Positions 15,943 to 23,471 of a stretch of 64,000 nucleotides of DNA are shown here, piece by piece. Made by a program: the position numbers and the translations under genes. The DNA comes from Patescibacteria group bacterium (GTDB lineage: Bacteria; Patescibacteriota; Saccharimonadia; UBA4664; SCTI01): assembly GCA_004297735.1 (NCBI GenBank), contig SCTI01000002.1:192160-256159 (forward strand). Reading direction: 5' to 3'. Below the pieces are notes generated by a model that did no database searches, was not told where the DNA came from, and was given only the letters and a program-made list of their open reading frames with translations. Within the stretch, counting starts at the first letter, position 1. The number at the start of each line of letters is the position of its first letter.

Positions 15943-15980
15943 CGGAAAATCCCTGCTGTATGGGGGCTTTTTCGTATTTT
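15943..15980 (+). terminator. intrinsic terminator, conserved family member (cggaaaatCCCTGCtGTatGGGGGcttttcg + tatttt)
   Basis: Same conserved core as the hairpin at 14863. Confidence 0.5.
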
Positions 15981-15994
15981 GTTATACTGCATTT

Positions 15995-16687
15995 ATGTCA
16001 AACCGGTTAGAAAAATACTTTTATAAAAATAAGGGGCGCCAAATATATAAATGGGTTCATTATTTTGATATCTACGATCGGTATTTTAAGCAGTTTCGTA
16101 AACGACCAGTTACGGTTGTGGAGTTTGGGGTGCTTCATGGTGGCTCACTGCAAATGTGGAAAAAATATTTTGGGCGCAAGGCACGCATAATTGGAGTAGA
16201 TATAAACCCCGGATGCAAGCAGTTTGAAGAAAAGCAGATTGAAATTTTTACCGGCGACCAGGCAAGTCGCAGCTTTTTACGAAAGCTTCGCAAAGAAATT
16301 GGACCAATTGACGTAATCATTGATGACGGCGGTCACACAATGAAGCAGCAGATTACAACCTTTGAAGAAATGTGGCCAGCTATGAGCGATGGCGGTGTTT
16401 ACTTAATAGAGGATCTCCACACCAGCTACTGGAAGCTATATGGGGGTGGCTACCACAAGCGCGGTACTTTTATTGAATTTGCCAAAGATCTTATCGATCA
16501 ATTAAACGCTTGGCATAGCCGAGACAAAAAACGGTTTAAAGTAAATAAGTATACCAAGAGCATAAAGGCGATTCATACGTATTCAAGCGTAATGGTTTTT
16601 GAAAAAGCCAACATTACTCGACCTTACGATGAGCAAAGAGGCCATGAAAGCGATATTGAGTTTTCTTACCTCGGCTTTAGCAAATAG
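15995..16687 (+). CDS. class I SAM-dependent methyltransferase, CmcI (cephalosporin hydroxylase)/rhamnosyl-O-methyltransferase family
   Basis: KWVHYFDIYDRYF, VVEFGVLHGGSL, IIDDGGH and YLIEDLH are signatures of the PF04989-type MTase (from memory). Low GC (about 38%). Start at MSNRLEKYF chosen to avoid the terminator. Confidence 0.6.
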   Translation: MSNRLEKYFYKNKGRQIYKWVHYFDIYDRYFKQFRKRPVTVVEFGVLHGGSLQMWKKYFGRKARIIGVDINPGCKQFEEKQIEIFTGDQASRSFLRKLRKEIGPIDVIIDDGGHTMKQQITTFEEMWPAMSDGGVYLIEDLHTSYWKLYGGGYHKRGTFIEFAKDLIDQLNAWHSRDKKRFKVNKYTKSIKAIHTYSSVMVFEKANITRPYDEQRGHESDIEFSYLGFSK

Positions 16688-16737
16688 CCACCTACTGCAC
16701 CGGGTCTTTCTACCCGTTGAACATATTGACAATAAAC

Positions 16738-16763
16738 ATACAATTATTGTATATTTATTGTAT
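16738..16763 (+). promoter_or_regulatory. RHH/RelE operator: atacaat-t-attgtat 7-1-7 inverted repeat plus third half-site attgtat overlapping the start codon
   Basis: Seen directly; palindrome sits between a TTGACA -35 (16725-16730) and the ATG. Confidence 0.5.
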
Positions 16764-16989
16764 GAAGAAACTATCAAATACTCGGACTATTAATATATCC
16801 CTGCCAGTAAAACTGGTAGACGAGATGGATAAGGCCGCCCAAGGTGAGTACTCCACCCGTAGCGATTTTATTCGTGACTCTATTTTGCGAAAACTGAGCT
16901 CAACTCAGGATCGCTGGGAGTTAGCGGCAGATTTTACCGCTGTTAAAAGGGGTGGCGTAGATATTGACGAACTTCTAAAGCGACTGTAG
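16762..16989 (+). CDS. ribbon-helix-helix antitoxin (CopG/ParD family)
   Basis: TINISLPVKLVDEMDKAAQGEYSTRSDFIRDSILRKL is the classic RHH beta-strand/helix motif. 75 aa from MKKLSN. Confidence 0.7.
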   Translation: MKKLSNTRTINISLPVKLVDEMDKAAQGEYSTRSDFIRDSILRKLSSTQDRWELAADFTAVKRGGVDIDELLKRL

Positions 16990-16998
16990 CACCCGCTG

Positions 16999-17244
16999 AT
17001 GACCGATAAGCTTACGAAGCAGCTGGCCAAGCTCAGTACTAAAGAGAGAGCGATCGTGAAAACGATGTTATTACAGCTCAAAACGGGTGATATTCTTGGT
17101 TTACAGATTAGCCGACTTAAGGGTCACGAGGATATTTTTCGCCTCCGCAAAGGTAGGTTGCGTATTATTTACCGACAAGTGGATGATTCTATCCATATCC
17201 TGGCGATTGAGAGAAGGTCCGAGAAAACTTATCGCGACTTTTAA
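16999..17244 (+). CDS. type II toxin, RelE/ParE family
   Basis: 81 aa. RIIYRQVDDSIHILAIERRSEKTYRDF C-terminus is typical of the RelE/ParE fold. Located 10 nt after the antitoxin stop. Confidence 0.75.
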   Translation: MTDKLTKQLAKLSTKERAIVKTMLLQLKTGDILGLQISRLKGHEDIFRLRKGRLRIIYRQVDDSIHILAIERRSEKTYRDF

Positions 17245-17396
17245 TGAATTGTTAATGTTTAATATTAGACATTTTTTAGTAATTATGTTATGCTTTATCT
17301 CAACTACAGGTACTGCCACTTTATAACCAGGCAGTAGTGATGAATGTTAGACTTCTGGTCTCGACTGTTCGTCAGCCGAGTAGCAGAAAGGTATTC

Positions 17397-18611
17397 ATGC
17401 AACGTAAATCAAGTTTTAAGTCCCCCTCTACCCGAGGCGGGAAGGTATTTCGTAATAATAAGTTTGGCGGAGGTAATCGCCGACGTAATGGTGGTGGCCA
17501 GCACGGTAAGTACATTGACCCGTCACGATTCGTAAACACCGCCGTAGAGCGGGCCGAAGAGGCACCATTTGTGCCTGAACATAGCTTTAACGACTTTGGC
17601 TTACTGCCTCAGCTAGAAAAAGCGCTGGCGGCCAAGGGCTACTCTACCCCTACTCCAATTCAGGACGGTGCAATCAAGCCGGCAATGGAAGGTCGCGATG
17701 TGATTGGTCTCGCCAATACCGGTACCGGTAAAACGGCGGCCTTTACCCTACCGATCATTCACCGCTTGGTAAATCAGCCACAACTAGGAATCGCTTTGAT
17801 TATGGCCCCGACTCGCGAGCTAGCGGTCCAGATCGATGATGAGTTTAAAGAGTTCGCCAAGCATACCCACCTAAAATCGGCGCTGTGCCTGGGCGGTGTA
17901 AGCATTCACCGTCAGATTGCTCAGTTAAGGCGACGCCCACAGGTAATCATTGGAACTCCTGGGCGACTTAAGGATTTGTTTAACAATAATCACTTGCCAC
18001 TAAACAAGGTTGGCGTAGTGGTACTGGACGAAGCCGACCACATGTTGGATATGGGCTTCATTCAGGACATTCGCTTTTTACTCGGTCAGCTGCCGGATAA
18101 GCGCCAGTCGCTATGCTTTAGCGCTACTCTCACACCTGAGATTAAACAGCTGATTCACGGGATTATGACCGATCCGGTTACCGTTTCGGTTCGCACCGGC
18201 GACACCAGTAGCCAGGTCGAGCAAAACGTCATTCGCGGTGGCTCGAAGGAAGATAAGTTCCGTATTCTGGAAGAGATGCTGCGCCAGCCCGACTTCGAGA
18301 AGGTTCTGATTTTTGGACAGACCAAGTTCGGCGTACAACGACTGGCCGATAACCTAACTCGGATTGGCATTGCTGCCGAGGCGATTCATGGTAACAAAAC
18401 CCAGCCAAAGCGTCAGAAGTCACTGCGGGCCTTTAAGAGCGGCCAGGTTTCAGTATTAGTGGCAACCGATGTTGCCGCCCGTGGCCTGGACATTCCAAAG
18501 GTAAGCCACGTGATTAACTTTGATCAGCCGGCGACCTACGAAGACTACATTCACCGCATTGGCCGTACCGGCCGCGCCGGACGCACCGGCCAAGCTCTGA
18601 CTTTTATTTAA
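17397..18611 (+). CDS. DEAD-box ATP-dependent RNA helicase with N-terminal RGG/RNG-rich extension
   Basis: Q-motif, ANTGTGKTAAF (motif I), VLDEADHMLDMGF (DEAD), SAT and HRIGRTGRAGRTG (motif VI). N-terminus RGGKVFRNNKFGGGNRRRNGGGQHGK. Start at 17397 (RBS gaaagg) preferred over 17337. Confidence 0.85.
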   Translation: MQRKSSFKSPSTRGGKVFRNNKFGGGNRRRNGGGQHGKYIDPSRFVNTAVERAEEAPFVPEHSFNDFGLLPQLEKALAAKGYSTPTPIQDGAIKPAMEGRDVIGLANTGTGKTAAFTLPIIHRLVNQPQLGIALIMAPTRELAVQIDDEFKEFAKHTHLKSALCLGGVSIHRQIAQLRRRPQVIIGTPGRLKDLFNNNHLPLNKVGVVVLDEADHMLDMGFIQDIRFLLGQLPDKRQSLCFSATLTPEIKQLIHGIMTDPVTVSVRTGDTSSQVEQNVIRGGSKEDKFRILEEMLRQPDFEKVLIFGQTKFGVQRLADNLTRIGIAAEAIHGNKTQPKRQKSLRAFKSGQVSVLVATDVAARGLDIPKVSHVINFDQPATYEDYIHRIGRTGRAGRTGQALTFI

Positions 18612-18701
18612 TAAAGGTTGAACTAATTAAATAATTATTATATTATCGGATATTCTGTTGTCCGATAATCAGAGGTACCAAACCCCCAACCAGGAGCGAT
18701 C

Positions 18702-18929
18702 ATGGAAGCCTCAATTGAGCTGGATCCGCCCCGCTGTACATACCTAGGTGAGGTCGGTATGGCTGGAGCAGGCATCTGCGATGAAGCTGCAGTCAGCCTG
18801 GTCGAAGCAAACGGTACCAAGCATCCACGCTGCCTGGTACATGCCGGCAAAATCAAGCCCGGTACAGAAGGTACGATCACCTGGCTGGAAAACTCTCCGC
18901 ACCTGATCCCAACCCGACCGAAAGGATAG
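18702..18929 (+). CDS. hypothetical small Cys-containing protein (75 aa)
   Basis: RBS accaggag; C..C...C spacing. Confidence 0.4.
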   Translation: MEASIELDPPRCTYLGEVGMAGAGICDEAAVSLVEANGTKHPRCLVHAGKIKPGTEGTITWLENSPHLIPTRPKG

Positions 18930-18930
18930 A

Positions 18931-19272
18931 ATGCAAGACTCCTGGATGTCGCGGATGTGGCTCCCGAAATGGCGAGTAGACATCCGCAAGCTGAACGGTG
19001 GCGACATGATTCTGCTGAGGTCCAAGCGACGGTTGATCAAGCTCGAGGTCACCAACCCCGAAGCTGGATACGTGGTCGTCCTCAGTCATGACATCGTTGG
19101 GCCAACGCTGTGGGATAGGACTCCTTACCGCCTAACCGGGCGGCGGCCACAGCCTCAAAAAGGAACCTTCATCGAAACACTCGGGCCAATATGGTGGTAC
19201 GGCCTGAGTATGACTTGGTCGCTTCCTCGAGAACGCTACGCCGTTTATACCAGGAAACGGCCCAGCCATTAA
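18931..19272 (+). CDS. hypothetical protein (113 aa), Trp/Arg-rich
   Basis: RBS aaaggat. Tightly coupled to the upstream ORF and followed by a conserved terminator. Confidence 0.4.
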   Translation: MQDSWMSRMWLPKWRVDIRKLNGGDMILLRSKRRLIKLEVTNPEAGYVVVLSHDIVGPTLWDRTPYRLTGRRPQPQKGTFIETLGPIWWYGLSMTWSLPRERYAVYTRKRPSH

Positions 19273-19284
19273 CCCCCTTACCGC

Positions 19285-19320
19285 AAGGAAAGACCCTGCT
19301 GTAAGGGGGTCTTTTTGTTT
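19285..19320 (+). terminator. intrinsic terminator, conserved family member (caaggaaagaCCCTGCtGTaaGGGGGtcttttt)
   Basis: Stem aaagaccc/gggtcttt plus T-run; same core as 14863 and 15943. Confidence 0.55.
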
Positions 19321-19356
19321 ACACTTAGCTGATACATTTACGCTATAATAGATCGC

Positions 19357-19974
19357 ATGGAACAAGCAATTTTAGATTTAACCGCCTCATTTGGTTACGG
19401 CGGCATTGTTATTTTAATGATCATTGAGGTGGTCTTCCCGCTAGTCCCCTCTGAGATTGTGCTACCGCTAGCCGGTTTTGCAGCTGCCAACGGCAAGCTC
19501 TGGCTGCCTCTAGTGATTTTAATTGCTTCGATCGGGGCGACGCTTGGCTCAACCGTTATTTACGCGATTGCCCACCTAGTTCCCGATCCGGTTATCTATC
19601 GCCTGGTTGAACGTTACGGCAAGTGGTTTGGAATTGGCAAAAAGGATGTCGAACGAGCCGATGCCTGGTTTGATCGTAACGCGATTATGGCGGTGTTTAT
19701 CTGCCGGATGATACCTGGCCTCCGCACCGTCATCTCGCTGCCGGCTGGATTGAGCAAGATGCACCCGGTGCCGTTCATGGTGGCGACCTTTTTGGGCACC
19801 CTGGTTTGGACTACCTTGCTGGTGGTAGCCGGCTACATGCTCGGGGACCAGTACCAAAAGATCGCCCACGCGGTTGGACTGCTAAGCTATGCGGTGGTAG
19901 CGGTTATAACGGTGGCAGTTATTTACTTTATTTGGCACCGCCGACACGTAATTAAAAAGGCGCTCGGTCGTTAA
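19357..19974 (+). CDS. DedA/TVP38 (SNARE-associated) family membrane protein
   Basis: 205 aa polytopic. GGIVILMIIEVVFPLVPSEIVLPLAGF matches the conserved DedA N-terminal region. Promoter TTACAC...TATAAT upstream. Confidence 0.75.
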   Translation: MEQAILDLTASFGYGGIVILMIIEVVFPLVPSEIVLPLAGFAAANGKLWLPLVILIASIGATLGSTVIYAIAHLVPDPVIYRLVERYGKWFGIGKKDVERADAWFDRNAIMAVFICRMIPGLRTVISLPAGLSKMHPVPFMVATFLGTLVWTTLLVVAGYMLGDQYQKIAHAVGLLSYAVVAVITVAVIYFIWHRRHVIKKALGR

Positions 19975-19983
19975 CTAGCGGTT

Positions 19984-20841
19984 CTATTGCGTAGCCGGAG
20001 CGACCTGCTCTCTACCCAACAATGCACTAGCATAACGGTTGTACTGATCAACCTTGGCGTTATAGGTGCTAATTTTAGCGTTAATGGCTGGCACCTGAGC
20101 GTTGTAGGCAATCACCTGGCCGCGGGCGAGCTGAACGTTCATTTTAGCCCTGGTCGCCTCAATCTCTTGGTTGAGCGCATCGATTTCGGCGCGCAGACCA
20201 TCAAAGGTGCGGTTAAAGCGGTCGTTGGCGGCTACGACGACGGTGCGGTCATTAAAGTAACGGGAGTAATAGCGTTCTAGCTGCGGCGATAACACCGCGC
20301 GCTCGGTACCCAAAATAGAGTGCAGCTCATTAAGCTGGTCGCCGGCATCCAGCTTGGCATAAACCGCCAAGCGCTCCTTGAGCTTGGGGTCGACAATGGT
20401 TGAATAAAACCGGCGCAACTCGGTATTGAGTTGGTCGCGCTCCTGACGGCTCAGCCGGTCGTAGGCAGCATGTAGCATCTCATGAGCGGCGGTAACCGGC
20501 ATCTCATCGGCTAGGTCCGCCTGCTGCACATCAAGCAGGTAGATCTTGTTGGTCGACAGGTAGCAGCCCAGCTCAATGGTGTTGGCGTCTTGGATCCGAC
20601 AGCGTTCGGCTAACTGATTGCGATCGGCGGTAATTTCGGGGTTAGCCCGGTAAAACAGTCGCCTCCCCTGCTCATTCATTGAAGCCTGATCAGCCAGCTG
20701 CGAGATATTAGCTGGCGGCTGATAGCTACGCAGAACCCACCAGTCTTGAATCTCATCACTATAGCTGTACAGGCCGTAGGCCAGCCCGGCTAGCAGCCCA
20801 ACCACGACTAGATTAATAAGAACTTTAAGTAACTTTGGCAT
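19984..20841 (-). CDS. hypothetical membrane-anchored protein with HExxH motif (putative zinc metallopeptidase-like)
   Basis: N-terminal TM; VTAAHEMLHAAYD contains H-E-x-x-H; C-terminal coiled-coil (NAQ/NAK repeats). Metalloprotease assignment is speculative. Confidence 0.4.
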   Translation of the reverse strand: MPKLLKVLINLVVVGLLAGLAYGLYSYSDEIQDWWVLRSYQPPANISQLADQASMNEQGRRLFYRANPEITADRNQLAERCRIQDANTIELGCYLSTNKIYLLDVQQADLADEMPVTAAHEMLHAAYDRLSRQERDQLNTELRRFYSTIVDPKLKERLAVYAKLDAGDQLNELHSILGTERAVLSPQLERYYSRYFNDRTVVVAANDRFNRTFDGLRAEIDALNQEIEATRAKMNVQLARGQVIAYNAQVPAINAKISTYNAKVDQYNRYASALLGREQVAPATQ

Positions 20842-20867
20842 GATCTGATTGTACTATATCTGTACAC

Positions 20868-20895
20868 TAAAAAGCGCCCAGATGGGCGCTTTTTA
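20868..20895. terminator. intrinsic terminator (aaaaagcgccca-gat-gggcgcttttt), bidirectionally U-flanked
   Basis: Perfect stem flanked by A5 and T5; lies 3-prime of the parvulin gene. Confidence 0.55.
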
Positions 20896-20917
20896 GGTTC
20901 AATCTTAACTAAATTAG

Positions 20918-22033
20918 CTAGGGCTTAATGTACTGATTAACCTTAGCCTGCTTGAGCTGATCCTCAACGTACTGGTCGAAATCAACACCCTTAATCAAGA
21001 TGTGGGAGGCACGAACTTGGTCGTCCTTCTTTTCGGTCACCTTAATAATGTGATAACCGTACTTGGTCTTAACGAGGCCGGAAATCTGACCCGGCTGCAA
21101 CTCAAAGGCCGCTTTTTCGAACTCTGGCACCATCTGGCCTTTGCTAAAGAACCCGAGGTCTCCGCCATTGGCCGCACTGCTATCTTGCGAGTACTTCTTA
21201 GCTAGCTCGGCGAAATCACCGCCACCCTGCACCTGCTTAAGTGCCTCTTCGGCCTTAGCCTTGGCCTGAGCGTTCATGCTTGGGTCGTCCTGTAGCTTTT
21301 CGCTGGTCTTCTGCTTGAGCAACTGGAAGCGAATCTTCTTTTGCAAATCACCCTTATCCCAACCGTAGTACTTCTTTAAGACTTCCTTAACCTTATCTTC
21401 GCCACCGGCCGACTTGGTGATTTGATCAACCTGCTCTTTAACCTCTTTTTCGGTTACGGTCACCTTTTGCTGCTTAGCAATCTGGCGCACCACCGCCTCT
21501 TGTTGCAACTGCGTAAGAACCTGCTCTTCGAGCTGCTTTAAGCGCTTCTTGCCGTCCTCGCTGGTAAAGTCAATCTGCTGACCGCCGCTCTCACTGCTTT
21601 GACTCTGGTAGTAGTGCTTGATGGAGTTAACCTCAAACAAGTAGGTGCCGTAGGTGACCCAGGTATTATTAACCTTCTCAGCCGGATAAGGCACGATGTT
21701 TGCGACCACCTGTACAACTCGATTGTCGCTCTTATACTTGTAGATCAAAACACCAAACACTAACAGGAAGACAGCGATGATGCCTACAATGGTGCCACCA
21801 ATAATCAACCAGTTACGCTTGCTAGAAGAGCTAGATTTTTTAGAGTTTGAATCGGTTGGCGGCATTACGGTAGCGCTTGAAGCAATCCCTGAACCAACTT
21901 CGGGTGATGCGACAACCGGCTGAGCGGCCTTTGACTCATTAGTTTTTGTTGCTTTATGTGATGATGACTTTTTAGGAGCCGCCTTACGCGCAACTGCCCT
22001 CTTAGCCGGTTTCTTGCTGTCGTCCAAAACCAA
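20918..22033 (-). CDS. membrane-anchored peptidyl-prolyl cis-trans isomerase, parvulin (PpiC/PrsA-like)
   Basis: Lys-rich N-terminus with TM. Parvulin domain FAELAKKYSQDSSAANGGDLGFFSKGQMVPEFEKAAFEL...GYHIIKV. Confidence 0.75.
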   Translation of the reverse strand: MVLDDSKKPAKRAVARKAAPKKSSSHKATKTNESKAAQPVVASPEVGSGIASSATVMPPTDSNSKKSSSSSKRNWLIIGGTIVGIIAVFLLVFGVLIYKYKSDNRVVQVVANIVPYPAEKVNNTWVTYGTYLFEVNSIKHYYQSQSSESGGQQIDFTSEDGKKRLKQLEEQVLTQLQQEAVVRQIAKQQKVTVTEKEVKEQVDQITKSAGGEDKVKEVLKKYYGWDKGDLQKKIRFQLLKQKTSEKLQDDPSMNAQAKAKAEEALKQVQGGGDFAELAKKYSQDSSAANGGDLGFFSKGQMVPEFEKAAFELQPGQISGLVKTKYGYHIIKVTEKKDDQVRASHILIKGVDFDQYVEDQLKQAKVNQYIKP

Positions 22034-22061
22034 AACTCCTTATGCTACTAGTTATCCTACC

Positions 22062-22586
22062 TTAATTCGTTGGGGGTGTCGAGGTGATGTGATGAGCCAC
22101 CTCCATCATCTGGGAGTGGACCTCTTCGGGGTGCATCACGCTACGCAAAACCCACTCTCCGGTATAGGTTTGAACGTTAATATCGCCAAACTTAAGCAGG
22201 GCCGCCTGCAAACCCTTAATGTGGTAGTTAATTGACTGTACTTTTTCGAAGCCAACCTCACTAACCTTGCGGTTGAACAGGCCGTGCTGAGTAATGTCGA
22301 TAAGTCGGCGATTGGTCACAATATAAACGCTGTAATACCAGCCAATCCAGTAATAAAACCAGTAGGCCAAAACCAGGAACGGTGTGCCGATCATGATGTA
22401 CAACGCGATATCGGAGAGTGGCCAGATTAGCAGTGGCCCAATCCCAACAAGTATCGCCAGCATGCCATAAATTAACTGTCGGCGAAGCACCACCGGATGC
22501 TGCCGAAACACCAATACCACCTCCTCTCCGGGATGCTGCCCGGGAAACTCTTTTGGTTGGCTGTTTTTAGTGTCTTTAGCGCTCAT
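22062..22586 (-). CDS. membrane protein with bacterial PH (bPH_2/YdbS-like) domain
   Basis: Two TM helices followed by TNRRLIDITQHGLFNRKVSEVGFEKVQSINYHIKGLQAALLKFGDI, typical of the YdbS/DUF304 architecture. Confidence 0.55.
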   Translation of the reverse strand: MSAKDTKNSQPKEFPGQHPGEEVVLVFRQHPVVLRRQLIYGMLAILVGIGPLLIWPLSDIALYIMIGTPFLVLAYWFYYWIGWYYSVYIVTNRRLIDITQHGLFNRKVSEVGFEKVQSINYHIKGLQAALLKFGDINVQTYTGEWVLRSVMHPEEVHSQMMEVAHHITSTPPTN

Positions 22587-22755
22587 GTTTATATTGTAGC
22601 AGGGTTAAAAAATATTGAGTTGACAGCGTTCGGTTTTTGTATGGTACACTTTCGGCAGGAGATGACCATGTTACATAATAAACGTCACACAACTTGGTCG
22701 AGTTTTAGCGGGACAAACCATCCGTCGTAGGTTGGTGTGCTTGTTTGCTGTCGCG

Positions 22756-22778
22756 AGCTGCCAACCGGCAGCTTTTTT
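22756..22778 (+). promoter_or_regulatory. leader intrinsic terminator (agctgcc-aacc-ggcagct + T6) immediately upstream of the RBS of gene 22802-23407; attenuator/riboswitch candidate
   Basis: No upstream plus-strand gene exists for it to terminate. A possible TTGACA promoter lies at about 22620. A 20-codon leader ORF with RBS aggag (MLHNKRHTTWSSFSGTNHPS) sits between the two. Confidence 0.45.
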
Positions 22779-22801
22779 GTACCCTACAACCAGGAGTCAG
22801 C

Positions 22802-23407
22802 ATGTTTGAGATCTTTGATCGCAACTTCATCAGCCTGATCGACCAGCTGGTGATCGAGGCGGCGCGTCACGGCGCCAGCTACTACCCGCAAGCGCTCAAG
22901 CCGTCGGTGTGGCAGGGGCTGGCAGACGAGGTGGCAAACGACCAATTCACCACGCTGACGCCGGATCCGTCAAAAACGGTGGTTGAGGACATGGAGATCC
23001 TCAAGATTCCGCTTGGAGACGACAACCACCCCCTGATCAACATTGTTGGGGGCCGGCTGCGGGATTTGGTTCAGCCGGCCGTCAAGCGGTTGTGCCTCAC
23101 GCAATGGAAGCCCAACGAAGCAGCCGCTCACCGCTACCACGCTGGGTCGCAAGCACTGGGTGCGCACCGCGACTTTTCGACCGACAAGGTCCTGATTGCA
23201 GTGTTCACCACCGGTGGCAGCGGCGACTTTGAGCTGCTCAATGACGACGGCAGCCTGCACACCCGGTGGGAGTCGAACCCGGGTGGCCTGTGCTTGATGC
23301 GAGCCCCCGGCCTGAACGTCGACGCGGTTGATGACCGACCGCTCCACCGCGCTCTTCCGCCCAAGAGCGGCACCCGCCAGGCGGTTATCTACCGCCAGGT
23401 TCAGTAG
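22802..23407 (+). CDS. hypothetical high-GC protein, possibly 2OG-Fe(II) oxygenase superfamily
   Basis: 201 aa; RBS caggag. AHRDF and later His/Arg (RPLHRA, RQAVIYR) are compatible with an HxD...H...R facial triad, but the assignment is weak. GC about 60% versus about 40% for the adjacent folE. Confidence 0.4.
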   Translation: MFEIFDRNFISLIDQLVIEAARHGASYYPQALKPSVWQGLADEVANDQFTTLTPDPSKTVVEDMEILKIPLGDDNHPLINIVGGRLRDLVQPAVKRLCLTQWKPNEAAAHRYHAGSQALGAHRDFSTDKVLIAVFTTGGSGDFELLNDDGSLHTRWESNPGGLCLMRAPGLNVDAVDDRPLHRALPPKSGTRQAVIYRQVQ

Positions 23408-23471
23408 CCATAACGGTACCGGGGTCGTAAAGACTCCGGTACCTCAACCTAATAATGCAAGGACTACCCTA

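Noticed and set aside
22497-22730. 77-aa plus-strand ORF spanning the 5-prime end of the bPH-domain gene and the leader region.
   Set aside because: It overlaps the minus-strand gene and has no RBS. Only its last 20 codons, with their own RBS, are considered as a possible leader peptide.
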